A stretch of 64,000 bases of DNA from an uncultured Nitrososphaerota archaeon (GCA_963718895.1 CAVRAG010000003.1:1-64000); one strand, 5' to 3'. Shown: positions 10,046 through 20,256, counted from the first letter of the stretch. The notes: generated by a model not told the origin, from the sequence alone. Numbers and translations are program-made.

Positions 10046-12041
10046 ACCGTACCCATTCGACGGTCCTGCGGAGCCCCGTCTCAAGGCCGAGCTCGTACTC
10101 ATAGCCCAGCAGCCTCTTCATCTTCTCTGTCGAAGGATAGCTCACCTGGGGCTCAGACTCCGACGCGCTCCTTGGAGGGAGCATCTGCAGTTCCGAGGTC
10201 GAGCCGGTGAGGCGCCGTATCAGCTCGGCCAGTTCTCTTATGGTGACAGCCTTCTCGCCCCCGAAGTTGAAGGCCTGCCCGATAGCGGAGTCCTTGGCGA
10301 TCAGGTCGGCCACGAGCCTCCCGTAGTTCTCGGCGTGCGAGGGCGCCGTGGTGTCCCTGCCCGAATTGAAGAGCCTGATGGGCTCGTTGCGCAGGCAGGA
10401 CCTTACGAACCGCGGGACGGCCCTGGTCGGCGCGTCGTACTCGCCGAAGAGCAGCCAGGACCTCGTGATCGCGACTGGGAGGCCCTTCGCCCTGTGGTAG
10501 CCCATGACGAACGACTCCCCCGCCACCTTCGAGTAGTCGTACGGCACCCTCGGATTGAAGGCCGCCTGCTCGCTGACGGGGTTGGTGCTCGGGACGCCGT
10601 AGACGTTCGCCGACGAGTTCCCCGAAAAGGCAATCTTTCCATTTCTCTCGACCAAGAAATTGTGATTCTCAACTTCGATACAGAAGACGTTTCCGTCGTA
10701 GTCCTCTGAGTGGACATTGTTGTAGGTCTTGCCGAACATGGGAGTTCCGCTCTCTGCTGATATGTTCAGACGAAAACCTGTTGATTCTATCGTCCTGCCC
10801 GCGATTTGAGAGACGCTGTGAGAAAGCGAGCAGGTCGTAAAGTAACCCAATTTCGAGCACAACTCCATAGTGTCCTCCACCAGCCCGAGAGAGACAGTGG
10901 TTAGCATTCTTCCACGACTGCCGTCCGAGTCCAGCAATCCCTGAAGAAGCGAGTGGAGAAGTTTCGGATCGGAGTTGAGCATCCACCTCGGTATTCTCTT
11001 CGTATGCGCGCTGTGCGAACCCGAGTTGGTGTCGTAGCATTGCTGGAAGAACCCGTAAAGGAAGTCGGAGTTCACATAGACGGATTTCTTGTAGCCTGAC
11101 CATTGAAGAGAATTGCGCTGCAAGAGTTCTTCAAGATGATGTCTGCATTTATCCTGTTCAGGGATGTACAAGAAAGTTCTGGGATACTCGAATGCCTTCG
11201 AGACTGGGTTGACGGGCTGTGTCGTGAACCTTCCAAGACTATCTCGTCGTTCCATAAACTCGGCTTTCGATAGACCACTCTTGATGATCTGATACTGAGT
11301 GCCATTCAGATCCCCGTCCCCTACGAACAGCCCAGTAAGATAGTACAGGTCCGTTAGGCTTTGCAGTTCATTGTGGAAGATTGCCGGTAGCTTGTCGGGT
11401 CCTATCCATCGACCGCTGGCCAGACGACAGACGCTTCGCGAGGCAACCATTTCTGCGTCTTCAAAGACGGTTGCCCAGACTATTCGCCCGCCGAGTCTCG
11501 TTGGGACTTTTACCAACATCTTGTGGTTCGGGGTGACGAGAAGATCAATTCGCCTTCCGTCGAAATGGATCATCTTTCCAAGATGACGGTATACGTAGAC
11601 TCGCTCGATAGGCTTGACCTCAATCAGCCCGTTCGATGGGTTTAGCGTGAAAACGAGATCTCCAGTATGCAGTTCATTGTATCGCTTGATTCCCGCTGTC
11701 GTGAAGACGCGGGTTCGCTCATCGTAGCAAGCGTAGACAAATCGCTTGACGTTCTTCCGCAGCGCCAGCTCGAGCACGTTGAGAGTGCCGTAGCTGTTGA
11801 TCTCGAACGCGGCGTACGGGTTCTCGATGGTCCTGTTGAGGTCCGCTATCCCGGCGAGGTGAACGACCGCCTCGAAGTCGATTCTCCCAAGCTCCTCGAG
11901 GACGAACGACCTGTCCGTCACGCTCCCCGCGTTCGGGCCACCCGCGACGTCGGTCGGGACCGGCTCATGGCCGTGGGACGATAGGTACCTTACGACGTGC
12001 TTCGCTACGAAACCGGAGGCGCCGGTGACGAGGACCTTCAC
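10029..12041 (-). CDS. NAD-dependent nucleotide-sugar epimerase/dehydratase (extended SDR) containing an intein
   Basis: VTGASGFVA, HLAG, YA|SSANVYG, PYDYSK (YxxxK); extein about 299 aa. Confidence 0.92.
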   Translation of the reverse strand: MKVLVTGASGFVAKHVVRYLSSHGHEPVPTDVAGGPNAGSVTDRSFVLEELGRIDFEAVVHLAGIADLNRTIENPYAAFEINSYGTLNVLELALRKNVKRFVYACYDERTRVFTTAGIKRYNELHTGDLVFTLNPSNGLIEVKPIERVYVYRHLGKMIHFDGRRIDLLVTPNHKMLVKVPTRLGGRIVWATVFEDAEMVASRSVCRLASGRWIGPDKLPAIFHNELQSLTDLYYLTGLFVGDGDLNGTQYQIIKSGLSKAEFMERRDSLGRFTTQPVNPVSKAFEYPRTFLYIPEQDKCRHHLEELLQRNSLQWSGYKKSVYVNSDFLYGFFQQCYDTNSGSHSAHTKRIPRWMLNSDPKLLHSLLQGLLDSDGSRGRMLTTVSLGLVEDTMELCSKLGYFTTCSLSHSVSQIAGRTIESTGFRLNISAESGTPMFGKTYNNVHSEDYDGNVFCIEVENHNFLVERNGKIAFSGNSSANVYGVPSTNPVSEQAAFNPRVPYDYSKVAGESFVMGYHRAKGLPVAITRSWLLFGEYDAPTRAVPRFVRSCLRNEPIRLFNSGRDTTAPSHAENYGRLVADLIAKDSAIGQAFNFGGEKAVTIRELAELIRRLTGSTSELQMLPPRSASESEPQVSYPSTEKMKRLLGYEYELGLETGLRRTVEWVRSSSSA
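10617..11729 (-). mobile_element. Intein with LAGLIDADG homing endonuclease (371 aa)
   Basis: N-terminal CYDERTRV, block B VTPNHKM, LTGLFVGDG and LQGLLDSDG, C-terminal VFCIEVENHNFLVERNGKIAFSGN/S; lower GC than the exteins. Confidence 0.93.
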
Positions 12042-12091
12042 GGCTTCGGGGGGCCGGCCGTTCGTTATTTAAAAAAGACCCATCGGCGTCC

Positions 12092-12472
12092 CTAGGCCAG
12101 GTTCTCCCTGTAGGAGGCGACGAAGGACGGGTCGACCACTCCGGACACGAGCCTCTCCTTCCCCTCGGGGTCCAGGATGGGCATGGCCGTCGCGTGGTAG
12201 GGCAGGTCGAGCGAGTCCAGCTTGACGTCGTCCTCCACCTCGCCGACCTTCACGCACGCGCCGTCCCCGCACTCGAAGTGGAAGAGCCTGACGATCCGCC
12301 TCTCCCCGAACCCCCCTCCCCTCCCTCCGGCAGCGCTCGAGCCGTCGGGAAGCTGAAGGATGTAGATCGTGTTGGCAGTCCTGAGGTCCCTCAGGTCTAT
12401 CGGCTTCTCGGTCACGTAGACCCTCCTCCCCTTCCCGCTCACCAGCTCGAGGAGCTCGGTCAGGCCGTCCAT
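12092..12472 (-). CDS. Conserved hypothetical protein
   Basis: ATG start, Gly-rich GGRGGGFGERR motif, host-like codons. Confidence 0.65.
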   Translation of the reverse strand: MDGLTELLELVSGKGRRVYVTEKPIDLRDLRTANTIYILQLPDGSSAAGGRGGGFGERRIVRLFHFECGDGACVKVGEVEDDVKLDSLDLPYHATAMPILDPEGKERLVSGVVDPSFVASYRENLA

Positions 12473-12515
12473 GTCCGCTCAGGCGTCGGCTCGATGTTTA
12501 AGCTTGTAGAACGTG

Positions 12516-13457
12516 CTAGATCCCCAGCGCGTTTCTCAGGTTCTTGTACCTGTTCCGTATCGTGACCTCGGTCACGCCCGCGGCGTGCGCGATGTCCCTC
12601 TGGGTCTTGCCTTCGCCGGAGAGAGTGCTCGCGACGTAGAGGGCCGAGGCTGCCAGGCCGACGGGGTCCTTGCCCGCAGCAACGCCCGAACGTCTCGCGC
12701 GACCAAGTATCTCGAGCGCCCGTCTCCTGGTACCCTCGCCCGCCCCCACCTTCGAGGCGATCTTGGCTACCGACTTGGCCGGATCAGGGACCGGCATCCT
12801 GAGGTCCATCTCCCTGACGAGCAGGCGGTACGACCTCGCGAGGTCCTTCCTGTTGATGTTCGCGACGCTGGCGAGGTCCTTGAGCGTCCTGGGAATCTCG
12901 CTGTCCCTGCAGGCCGCGTAGAGCGACGCTGCGATCATCTCTGTGATCGACCTTCCGCGTATGAGCCCCTTCTCGAGCGCCTTCCTGTAGACGTACGCGG
13001 CCCTTTCGACTATGTCCTCGGAGAGCGAGAGCTTGTCAGCGAAGGTGCGGAGCTGGACGAAGGCCTTGCCGAGGTTCCTGTCGGACGACTCGTGCATCTG
13101 GGACCTCCTGTCCCAGGTCCTGAGCCTGTCGACCGTCGTCCTCATGGAGCCCGTCAGCGCCCTTCCCGTCGAGTCCCTGTCGGCGGACCCTATCATCGTC
13201 GAAAGGCCCATGTCGTGGGACGCGATCGAGGTGGGCAGTCCCGCCCTGCTCTCGTCCTTCCCTCCGTCCTTCGAGGAGGAGCTCCACTCGGGTCCGGTGT
13301 CCTCGATCCTCTCCTTCAGCACAAAACCGCAGTTACTGCAGATCAGCTCGCCGCTCTCGGAATCAAGAACCATCTGGCCTCTTCCGCATCGGGGGCACTT
13401 GTCCAGCGCCCGCTGGATTCTAAGTTGCCGCGCCATGTCCCTGCTTGTTGTTTGCAA
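12516..13457 (-). CDS. tfb: Transcription initiation factor IIB (paralogue 1)
   Basis: CPRC...GELICSNCG zinc ribbon, GPEW, IRGRS, PRTL, GKDP, TEVTIRNRYK; start may be ATG 13436. Confidence 0.96.
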   Translation of the reverse strand: MQTTSRDMARQLRIQRALDKCPRCGRGQMVLDSESGELICSNCGFVLKERIEDTGPEWSSSSKDGGKDESRAGLPTSIASHDMGLSTMIGSADRDSTGRALTGSMRTTVDRLRTWDRRSQMHESSDRNLGKAFVQLRTFADKLSLSEDIVERAAYVYRKALEKGLIRGRSITEMIAASLYAACRDSEIPRTLKDLASVANINRKDLARSYRLLVREMDLRMPVPDPAKSVAKIASKVGAGEGTRRRALEILGRARRSGVAAGKDPVGLAASALYVASTLSGEGKTQRDIAHAAGVTEVTIRNRYKNLRNALGI

Positions 13458-13748
13458 TCTAGATAACCATAGTTATATTTCTGGAACTGGTATTTATACT
13501 TAGTAGTCACACGAAACTTACTATGGTAGCGTTACTTGTCTTGGTAAAGTTGAACTTACCGCCACCGGGCGCAGAAAGGGACGATCTTTCGATGCAGATT
13601 TCAGGATGTTCTGCCATAAATCCTAATTTATTGAAGTTAAACATATGATATCTATCTGGAAGAGTCGGGAGACCTGCTGGCGACCACGCTGACCAATTGA
13701 CCATTGCCGGACACGGGCGGCTGGCTGAGATAAGGCTAGTGGAACTAT

Positions 13749-14936
13749 TTACCTTTCCTTCGAGAACTCAATGGTCACCGCGGCGAGCGAGACCGAGCCA
13801 AACTTCAGGACGTCCTCGTCGACCTTGAACCTCGAGCTGTGGTTGGGTGCGGCGCACCCCTTCGACGGGTTGTATGTCCCCAGATAGTAGAAGACCCCGG
13901 GGGCCTTCTGTAGGAACCTGGAGACGTCCTCCCCCCCGAGCCTCTGGTCCATCAGCCGAGTCTTGGTCCCCCTTATCTTCCTGAGCACCTTCGCGACCCT
14001 CTCCGCCGCCTTCTCGTCGTTGCGGGTGACGGGGTAGGGGTCCTTCTCGAACTCTATCTCGCACCTTGCTCCGTATGCCTGGCACGTCGAGGTGACGGCC
14101 TGCCTTATGTCCGCGAGCGCCTTGGCCCGGGTGTCGCTCTCGAGGGTGCGCATCGTCCCCTGCAGGACCACCTCGTCCGGGATGATGTTGTCCTTGGTCC
14201 CGCCGTGCACGCTGCAGATCGATATCACGAACGGCCTGATGGGGTTGACCATCCTCGAGGACACCCCCTGAACGGCTATGATCACCTGGGCGGCCACGTA
14301 GACGGGGTCCACGGTCTTGTGCGGAGCCGCTCCATGACCGCCCCTCCCGACCACCCGTATCTCGATGGTGTCGGGCCGGGCCATGAACGGGCCGCCCCGG
14401 ACTCCGAACGTGCCCGATGGAAAGTCGGCGGAGATGTGGAGGCCGAAGACGTTGTCGACGTGCGGGTTCTCCATGGCGCCCGCCTCGATCATGGGCTTGG
14501 CGCCACCCCTTCCTCCCTGCTCCTCGGCGGGCTGGAAGAGGAACTTCACGTCCCGCCGAGGTCCTGCTTGTGCTTCACGAGGAGCATCGCCGCGCCCAGC
14601 AGCATCGCGACGTGCGTGTCGTGCCCGCAGGCGTGCATGACCCCCTTCCTCTTGGACTTGAAGTCCACGTCCACGTTCTCCTGCACAGGAAGAGCGTCCA
14701 TGTCGGCTCTCAGGCCTACGACCCTGCCGCTCTTGCCCGTCCTGATGCAGCCCGACGACGCCAGATCCCGCCGACGCGGGTCTTCACCTCGATTCCCAGC
14801 GACTTTAGCTCCTTGGCGACCAGAGCTTGGCGGTGGCTTTCTCGTGGTAGGAGAGCTCCGGCTTCTGGTGGATCGTCCTCCTGATCTCTATGATTCGTGG
14901 CTCCAGACGTTTGACCTCATCTGTTAGGACCGGCAT
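13749..14936 (-). CDS. M20D amidohydrolase/carboxypeptidase, frameshifted in the 5' part
   Basis: [36 protein letters not shown] motifs across frames. Confidence 0.88.
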
Positions 14937-15009
14937 GGGGCGGCTTCGCGTTCATCTCCCGATAAATCCGTTGTGATTACGCCCTTGGGAGCTCTCTGCC
15001 GGACGCCAA

Positions 15010-15870
15010 TCAACTGACCGTGATTGTGCCCTTCATCCACGAGTGATAGTTGCAGATGTAGGTGTAGGTTCCCGGCGTCGTGAGTGTGACCTGGAAGGTG
15101 CTGCCCTGCTTCAAGTCCGGGGAGACCGAGGGGAGTGTTGCGCCGGATGGGCCGCTCGTGAAGTGGACGTTGTGGGTTGCGGAGTCCTGGTCGGTGAACG
15201 TGATCGTCGTCCCCGGAGAGACTGTCAGGCTGCTTGGGCTGAAGTTCTGCCCCGTCCCGGCCCCCTGGGGTATCGTGATCTGGGCTGCTCCGCCCGAGCC
15301 GCTAGAACTGCCCGAGCTCGAGCCGCTGCCGCTAGAACTCGAAGCCTGCGACCCTGAGTTCGAGGCGGTCCCAGCCGCTGACGAAGCCGAGGACGAACCG
15401 CAGAGAGAGTAGGTCGAGGCCGCCTGGGTGGAAGTCCCGACCGCGGTCGACGAGGCAGAGCTGGTGGTCTCGTTGGAGACGCTGGAGGAGGCAGACGGCG
15501 CGCTCGACGTGGTGGAATTCGACGTGGAGCCCGAGCCAGACGCGCTAGTGCTGTTTGAACCGGAGGAGCTGCCGGAAACCGAGGCGGACGGACTTGAGCT
15601 CCCTGAACTGGTCGTCGTCGAACTGTTGCTGGACGACGATGCAGCTCCGCTCGAGGAGGCGGTGCCTGAGCTCGGGGAGTTCCCGGACGTCGTCGAACTG
15701 CTCGATCCACTGGCCGCGACCCCGGCGGTCCCGATGCCGGCGCAGGGGTTCGAGAGTGCCGCCTGGTTGATTGCGAAGACCGCGACTCCGACTATGACTA
15801 TGAGACCGATGAGGATGAGGCCGCCGACGGAAGCTGCGAGCCCCTTGCGCCGCTTTTCTTCTACCTTCAA
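15010..15870 (-). CDS. Membrane-tethered cupredoxin (plastocyanin-like) with long Ser/Thr-rich linker
   Basis: KRRKG|LAAS class III-like signal plus TM; HNV...YICNYHSWM type-1 Cu ligands. Confidence 0.88.
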   Translation of the reverse strand: MKVEEKRRKGLAASVGGLILIGLIVIVGVAVFAINQAALSNPCAGIGTAGVAASGSSSSTTSGNSPSSGTASSSGAASSSSNSSTTTSSGSSSPSASVSGSSSGSNSTSASGSGSTSNSTTSSAPSASSSVSNETTSSASSTAVGTSTQAASTYSLCGSSSASSAAGTASNSGSQASSSSGSGSSSGSSSGSGGAAQITIPQGAGTGQNFSPSSLTVSPGTTITFTDQDSATHNVHFTSGPSGATLPSVSPDLKQGSTFQVTLTTPGTYTYICNYHSWMKGTITVS

Positions 15871-15924
15871 GATTCGAACCGGAAGAAGCACAGGGCGGGG
15901 AGGGATATGATTTTGGCATAGTTC

Positions 15925-15945
15925 TTAGGAAGAGTTTCTTCCTAA
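15925..15945. promoter_or_regulatory. Perfect 9-3-9 inverted repeat, candidate operator between divergent genes
   Basis: TTAGGAAGA-GTT-TCTTCCTAA. Confidence 0.6.
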
Positions 15946-16063
15946 TAGTAATCCGTGTGAAAGTAACATAAGCCGTAAGGCGACGAAATGGCCCTGACTA
16001 TCGACAAGAGTTGACGAAGTTCGTTCTCGAATCGATCGTCCAGGTTGGCGGGAGGCCCTAACG

Positions 16064-17209
16064 TTGTCCAACGATGGAGACGCGGCGGACGCCGGGGACG
16101 CGGCGGAGACAACCTCCGAAGAGAAAGATCCGAAGGCAAAGTCACTTGATACGATGAAGGAGGCCATGGACGCCCAGCAGGTGGCGCTCTCGGCGCAGTC
16201 CAGGGCGATGCAGGCCTCGACCGACGCCTACCTCGCAGAGCAGGAGTCGCAAAAGCGTGCGGCTGCCGCAAAGCAAGTCCAGAGCGAATCCAGGAGGACC
16301 TTCCTCAAGGCCGGGGGAGCAGCTCTGGTGGGCGCCGCCGTGGGAGTAGTGATCGGCGCAGGGGAGTCCTCTGCCATGACCATCCCGAAGGCTGACAGCT
16401 CGCTCTCCTCACTCAAGAACCAGTACAACAGCGTCGTCGCCTCGGCCAACAGCCAGATACTCTCGCTTCAGGGCCAGGTCCAGAAGCTCCAGACTGACCT
16501 CGCGACCACCGAGGGTTTCCTGACCATGAACACGACCGAGCAGGCCGTGATAGAGGCGATCGGGGAGACGATAATCCCCTCCGACAGCAGCGGCCCCGGT
16601 TTCAAGGAGGCCGGCGCGATCTTCTTCATAGACCGCCAGCTGACCGGCGACTACGGGAAGAACGGCAACATGTACATGGAGGGTCCATTCGTCCCTCCGA
16701 ACACAAAGGCCCCGGTCACGGTCGATGGGATAACCTACAGCGCGGGCACGCCGCCCGCGGCGGACCTGAACACCGGGTACGGATACCAGTATCCCATGGA
16801 CGTCCGGACGTTCTGGAGGCTGAGCGTCGACGCGCTCAACGATTACTCCCAGGCGGCGTACAACAACACCTTCGACCAGCTCTCCAGCTCACAGCGGGTG
16901 AGCGCGCTCACCGACCTCTTCGACAACAAGCCGACCACCTTCGGGAACATCCGCCCCTCCGACTTCGCCTTCGAGGTATTCATGATGAGCTGGGCGGGGT
17001 TCCTCATGGACCCCCTCTACGGAGGGAACAAGGGGATGGTCGGATGGGAATATACAGCCTTCAGCGGCGTCAACAACGGAAACTCGTTCGGCGAGGGCCA
17101 CACGTACGTCGACCTGATGGTGAGTAACACGCCTGTCCGACTCAAGCCGCTGAGCCTCGCGGAGTTCCAAGCCGCCAACGGGTACCTTCCGCAGACAGGA
17201 GGTCAGTAG
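16064..17209 (+). CDS. Gluconate 2-dehydrogenase subunit 3 family protein with Tat motif
   Basis: SRRTFLK, ETIIP.D..GPG.KEAG.IFFIDRQL, DPLYGGNKGMVGW. Confidence 0.85.
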   Translation: MSNDGDAADAGDAAETTSEEKDPKAKSLDTMKEAMDAQQVALSAQSRAMQASTDAYLAEQESQKRAAAAKQVQSESRRTFLKAGGAALVGAAVGVVIGAGESSAMTIPKADSSLSSLKNQYNSVVASANSQILSLQGQVQKLQTDLATTEGFLTMNTTEQAVIEAIGETIIPSDSSGPGFKEAGAIFFIDRQLTGDYGKNGNMYMEGPFVPPNTKAPVTVDGITYSAGTPPAADLNTGYGYQYPMDVRTFWRLSVDALNDYSQAAYNNTFDQLSSSQRVSALTDLFDNKPTTFGNIRPSDFAFEVFMMSWAGFLMDPLYGGNKGMVGWEYTAFSGVNNGNSFGEGHTYVDLMVSNTPVRLKPLSLAEFQAANGYLPQTGGQ

Positions 17210-17211
17210 AG

Positions 17212-18997
17212 ATGTCTCAAGTGATACAGGAGAAGCCGGCGGATGCGGTCGTCCTGGGTCTCGGCGCGATGGGCGGCGACATCGCCACCAAGCTCACCCT
17301 GGCTGGCGTCAAGACGGTAGGCATCGAGAAGGGCCCCTACTGGGACTACCTGAAAGACTTCGCTGCCGTCAAGTACGACGAGTGGGGGATAGCCTGGATG
17401 CGGAAGTTCGACCACTCTCTAATGATCTCGACCTTCAGCATCAGGAACAACATCAACCAGATGGCCCTCCCGGTTCGGCGCAACACAATGGGACAGATAC
17501 ACACTCTCGGCAACGGAGTCGGGGGTGCCACCCAGCACTACGGAGGGCAGATGGGGAGGTTCGGCCCCTGGGTGTACCAGATGAAGTCGTCGACGGTCAG
17601 CAGGTACGGGCAGGCCTTCCTCGACGCCGCGGTCCCCCACGAGGACATCCTCGACTTCCCGGTGACCTACGAGGACCTGCTACCCTACTACAAGGACTGG
17701 GAGCTGGCCTGGGGAGTCAACGGCACCGATCAGCAGCCCTTCTATCCTGACTCGGCCTACCCATATCCGCCCAACCCCACCACCCCGGTCGGCATGGCCT
17801 ACAGCGACGCGACGGAGGCCCTCGGGTACACGCCCAAGCCGATGCCCTGCTCCCTCGCCTCCAAGCCATTCACGAACCAGTACGGGGTCCAGGTCAACGC
17901 GTGCGTCTACGACGGATGGTGCGGAGAGGGGTGCAACTTCGTCTGCGAGGTGGGCGCCAAGGCCAACCCTGCCTTCAGGACCGTCCCCGCGGCCATCAAG
18001 ACGGGCAACCTCGACATGAGACTGAACAGCTACGTCTTCCGGCTCGACACCGACTCGACCGGCAAGGTCACCGCAGCGAGGTACTACGACTCGGAGGGCA
18101 ACGTCCACGTCCAGCCCGCCTCTGTCTTCGTGAGCACGATCTGGGGGTTCAACACCGTCAGGCTCATGCTAATCTCGAAGATCGGAAACCCCTACAACCC
18201 CACCAACATCTCTGGCGTCGCTCGGAAGAGGGATCGCACAGCCCACGGGTGGACCCGGGAGGAACGTCACCGGGACGCTCAGCATAGGCGCCAACGCCTA
18301 CCCCTCGGGCAACTCGCAGGGCGGAGGAATCCACATCCTCGACCTCGCGGACGACAACTTCGACCACACGGGAAAGAACTACATCGGGGGCAGCCGGGCC
18401 ATAGTCGGCCAGTACGCAGGCGGCGGCCCCGGTTGCCTTGGCATTGCGACAAACGCCAAGGCGGCGAACATCGGCTCGGCCTTCAAGGCGATGCAGAAGG
18501 ACGTCTTCATCCCGCAAAAGACCACGCTCAGCCTGAGCGGCAGCGGGAACGTCCCGCCGGTGACCGACTACTACGTCGACCTGGACCCCCACTACGACGA
18601 CATCTACGGCGACCCGCTCGCCAGGCAGACGCTCGACAACGTCGCCAACGGGACCAACTGCGCAAACGACCAGGCCTCCCTCTATGAGGCGATCCTCAAC
18701 AAGATGGGAGCCTCGAACGTCACCGTCGCCCAGCCTGCCACACCGCTCTCTGCGCACGTCACCAGCTGGTCGCATCACACCAGGGGCGGCGCCAGGATCG
18801 GGTCCGACCCCACGGTCTCGGTCTTCAACAAGTGGGGCCAGTGCTGGACCTCCGAGAACCTCTTCGCCGCCGGGGAGATCGTCGAGCCGGTGGGGAGCTG
18901 CACGGAGACCGGAGGAACCCATCCCGCAGGGGCTCTCGCTCTCATGACCGCCGACGGGATCAAGAAGTACCTGGCATCGCCGGGCTCCTTGGTCTGA
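17212..18997 (+). CDS. GMC oxidoreductase (gluconate 2-dehydrogenase flavoprotein-like), frameshifted near 18220
   Basis: GLGAMGG, IEKGP, GNGVGGAT.HY, CEVGAKA, HHTRGGARIG.DP, WGQCW..ENLF. Confidence 0.88.
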
Positions 18998-19009
18998 CCC
19001 AGCGGTGGC

Positions 19010-19660
19010 TTGGCCGAGACTCTGGGTGATTGCGAGATGCTCAAGGTTCCCGGGAGGGGGACCGTCGGAGTGCAGGTCTACACGCCGAAGATCCCCAAGC
19101 CGGAGGAGATAGCGATACTCAGGCCGGAGCTGCTGACCTGCTCCATGATGGTAGGGGAGTCGCTCAGGGGGATGAAGGATCTCTGGGCCATCGGAGGCGA
19201 CACCGGCCTGGTGCTTCACGGGGTTCCGGTGGAGCCGGACAGGATCGAGATCATCACGACGGCCAAGGGGGTCGACGACGCCCTCAGCGCGTTCCGGCTC
19301 CCGGTCACGGAGGCCCTCGAGAGGAGAGAGAGCCGGCTACCCAGGGACGCGATCATCGACGGGGTGAGCTATCCCCTCTTCGTCAGGAGCCGCTACGCCG
19401 CTCTGACCTCTGGAGGGACTCTCTTGGAGCTGCACGGGGACAGGCAGTACAAGGTGGGGGAGTGGGAGTGGGGCGACCCGCTCGAGTTCCTCCCCGATGT
19501 GACCCAGGTGATGACGGTCAAGGTCAATCTGGTCCCCCTCAGGCTCGAGAGCGAGTTCGCGTTCGCCCTCGGCTGGGCGGACCTCTCCAAGAAGATCGCG
19601 GACGCAATCGCGAGACAGACGCACCAGGGGATGAAGGTCCAGGGGATCGCGGCGGAGTAG
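19010..19660 (+). CDS. Nucleotidyltransferase-fold hypothetical protein
   Basis: WAIGGDTGLVLHGV.VEPDRIEI resembles a degenerate NTase GG...DxD motif. Confidence 0.45.
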   Translation: MAETLGDCEMLKVPGRGTVGVQVYTPKIPKPEEIAILRPELLTCSMMVGESLRGMKDLWAIGGDTGLVLHGVPVEPDRIEIITTAKGVDDALSAFRLPVTEALERRESRLPRDAIIDGVSYPLFVRSRYAALTSGGTLLELHGDRQYKVGEWEWGDPLEFLPDVTQVMTVKVNLVPLRLESEFAFALGWADLSKKIADAIARQTHQGMKVQGIAAE

Positions 19661-19665
19661 TCGAC

Positions 19666-20256
19666 TTGAGAAAGCCCGGGCCCGAAGCGGGATTCGACTG
19701 GCGTGCGCTGGACGACATCGACAGGGAGATAGTCCACGCCCTGAGGAAGGACGCTCGCAAATCGTTCCTCGCGCTCTCCAAGGAGCTCGGAATCTCAGAT
19801 GCCACCATCCACAAGCGGGTGGGGAAGCTCGAGAGGGCGGGGGTCATACTTGGGTACACCGCGAGCCTGGACCCAGAGCTTCTGGGCTACGGGGTCAGCG
19901 CCTTCATCGAGCTCCGCATCAAGCCAGGGACCGCCGAGGCGGTCGGCGAAGCCCTCGCCAGAATCCCGAACGTCCTCGACGTCTTCGAGCTGCACTCCCA
20001 TTGTGACATCCTGATAAGGGTCCAGACCCGCGATCTTCGAGAACTGAGGAACGAGCTGGTGAACCGGATCATGCTGATTCCCGATGTCGTCTCGCGGGAG
20101 ACCTGCGTCGTGCTCAACGTCGTGAAGAGCAGCCCCGGTCCTCCACCACAGCTCTCTCCCGCCGGGTCGGCGACCCAGAGCCGGGTCTCGCCTGGAGACC
20201 GCGGTACTCCATACACTCCCCACGATCGAGGCAGAGCCTCCAGCGTCTCACGCTGA
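19666..20256 (+). CDS. Lrp/AsnC family transcriptional regulator
   Basis: LDDIDREIV..LRKDARKSF..LSKELGISDATIHKRV.KLE..GVI.GY; TTG start inside ORF 19030-20256. Confidence 0.9.
   Translation: MRKPGPEAGFDWRALDDIDREIVHALRKDARKSFLALSKELGISDATIHKRVGKLERAGVILGYTASLDPELLGYGVSAFIELRIKPGTAEAVGEALARIPNVLDVFELHSHCDILIRVQTRDLRELRNELVNRIMLIPDVVSRETCVVLNVVKSSPGPPPQLSPAGSATQSRVSPGDRGTPYTPHDRGRASSVSR

Noticed and set aside
15080-15910. Long Glu/Leu/Pro-rich + strand ORFs
   Set aside because: Antisense shadows of the Ser-rich cupredoxin linker.
19030-19665. Long N-terminal extension on the Lrp regulator (408-aa ORF)
   Set aside because: It overlaps the upstream gene in another frame and is Arg/Gly-rich GC noise; the Lrp domain starts near 19666.
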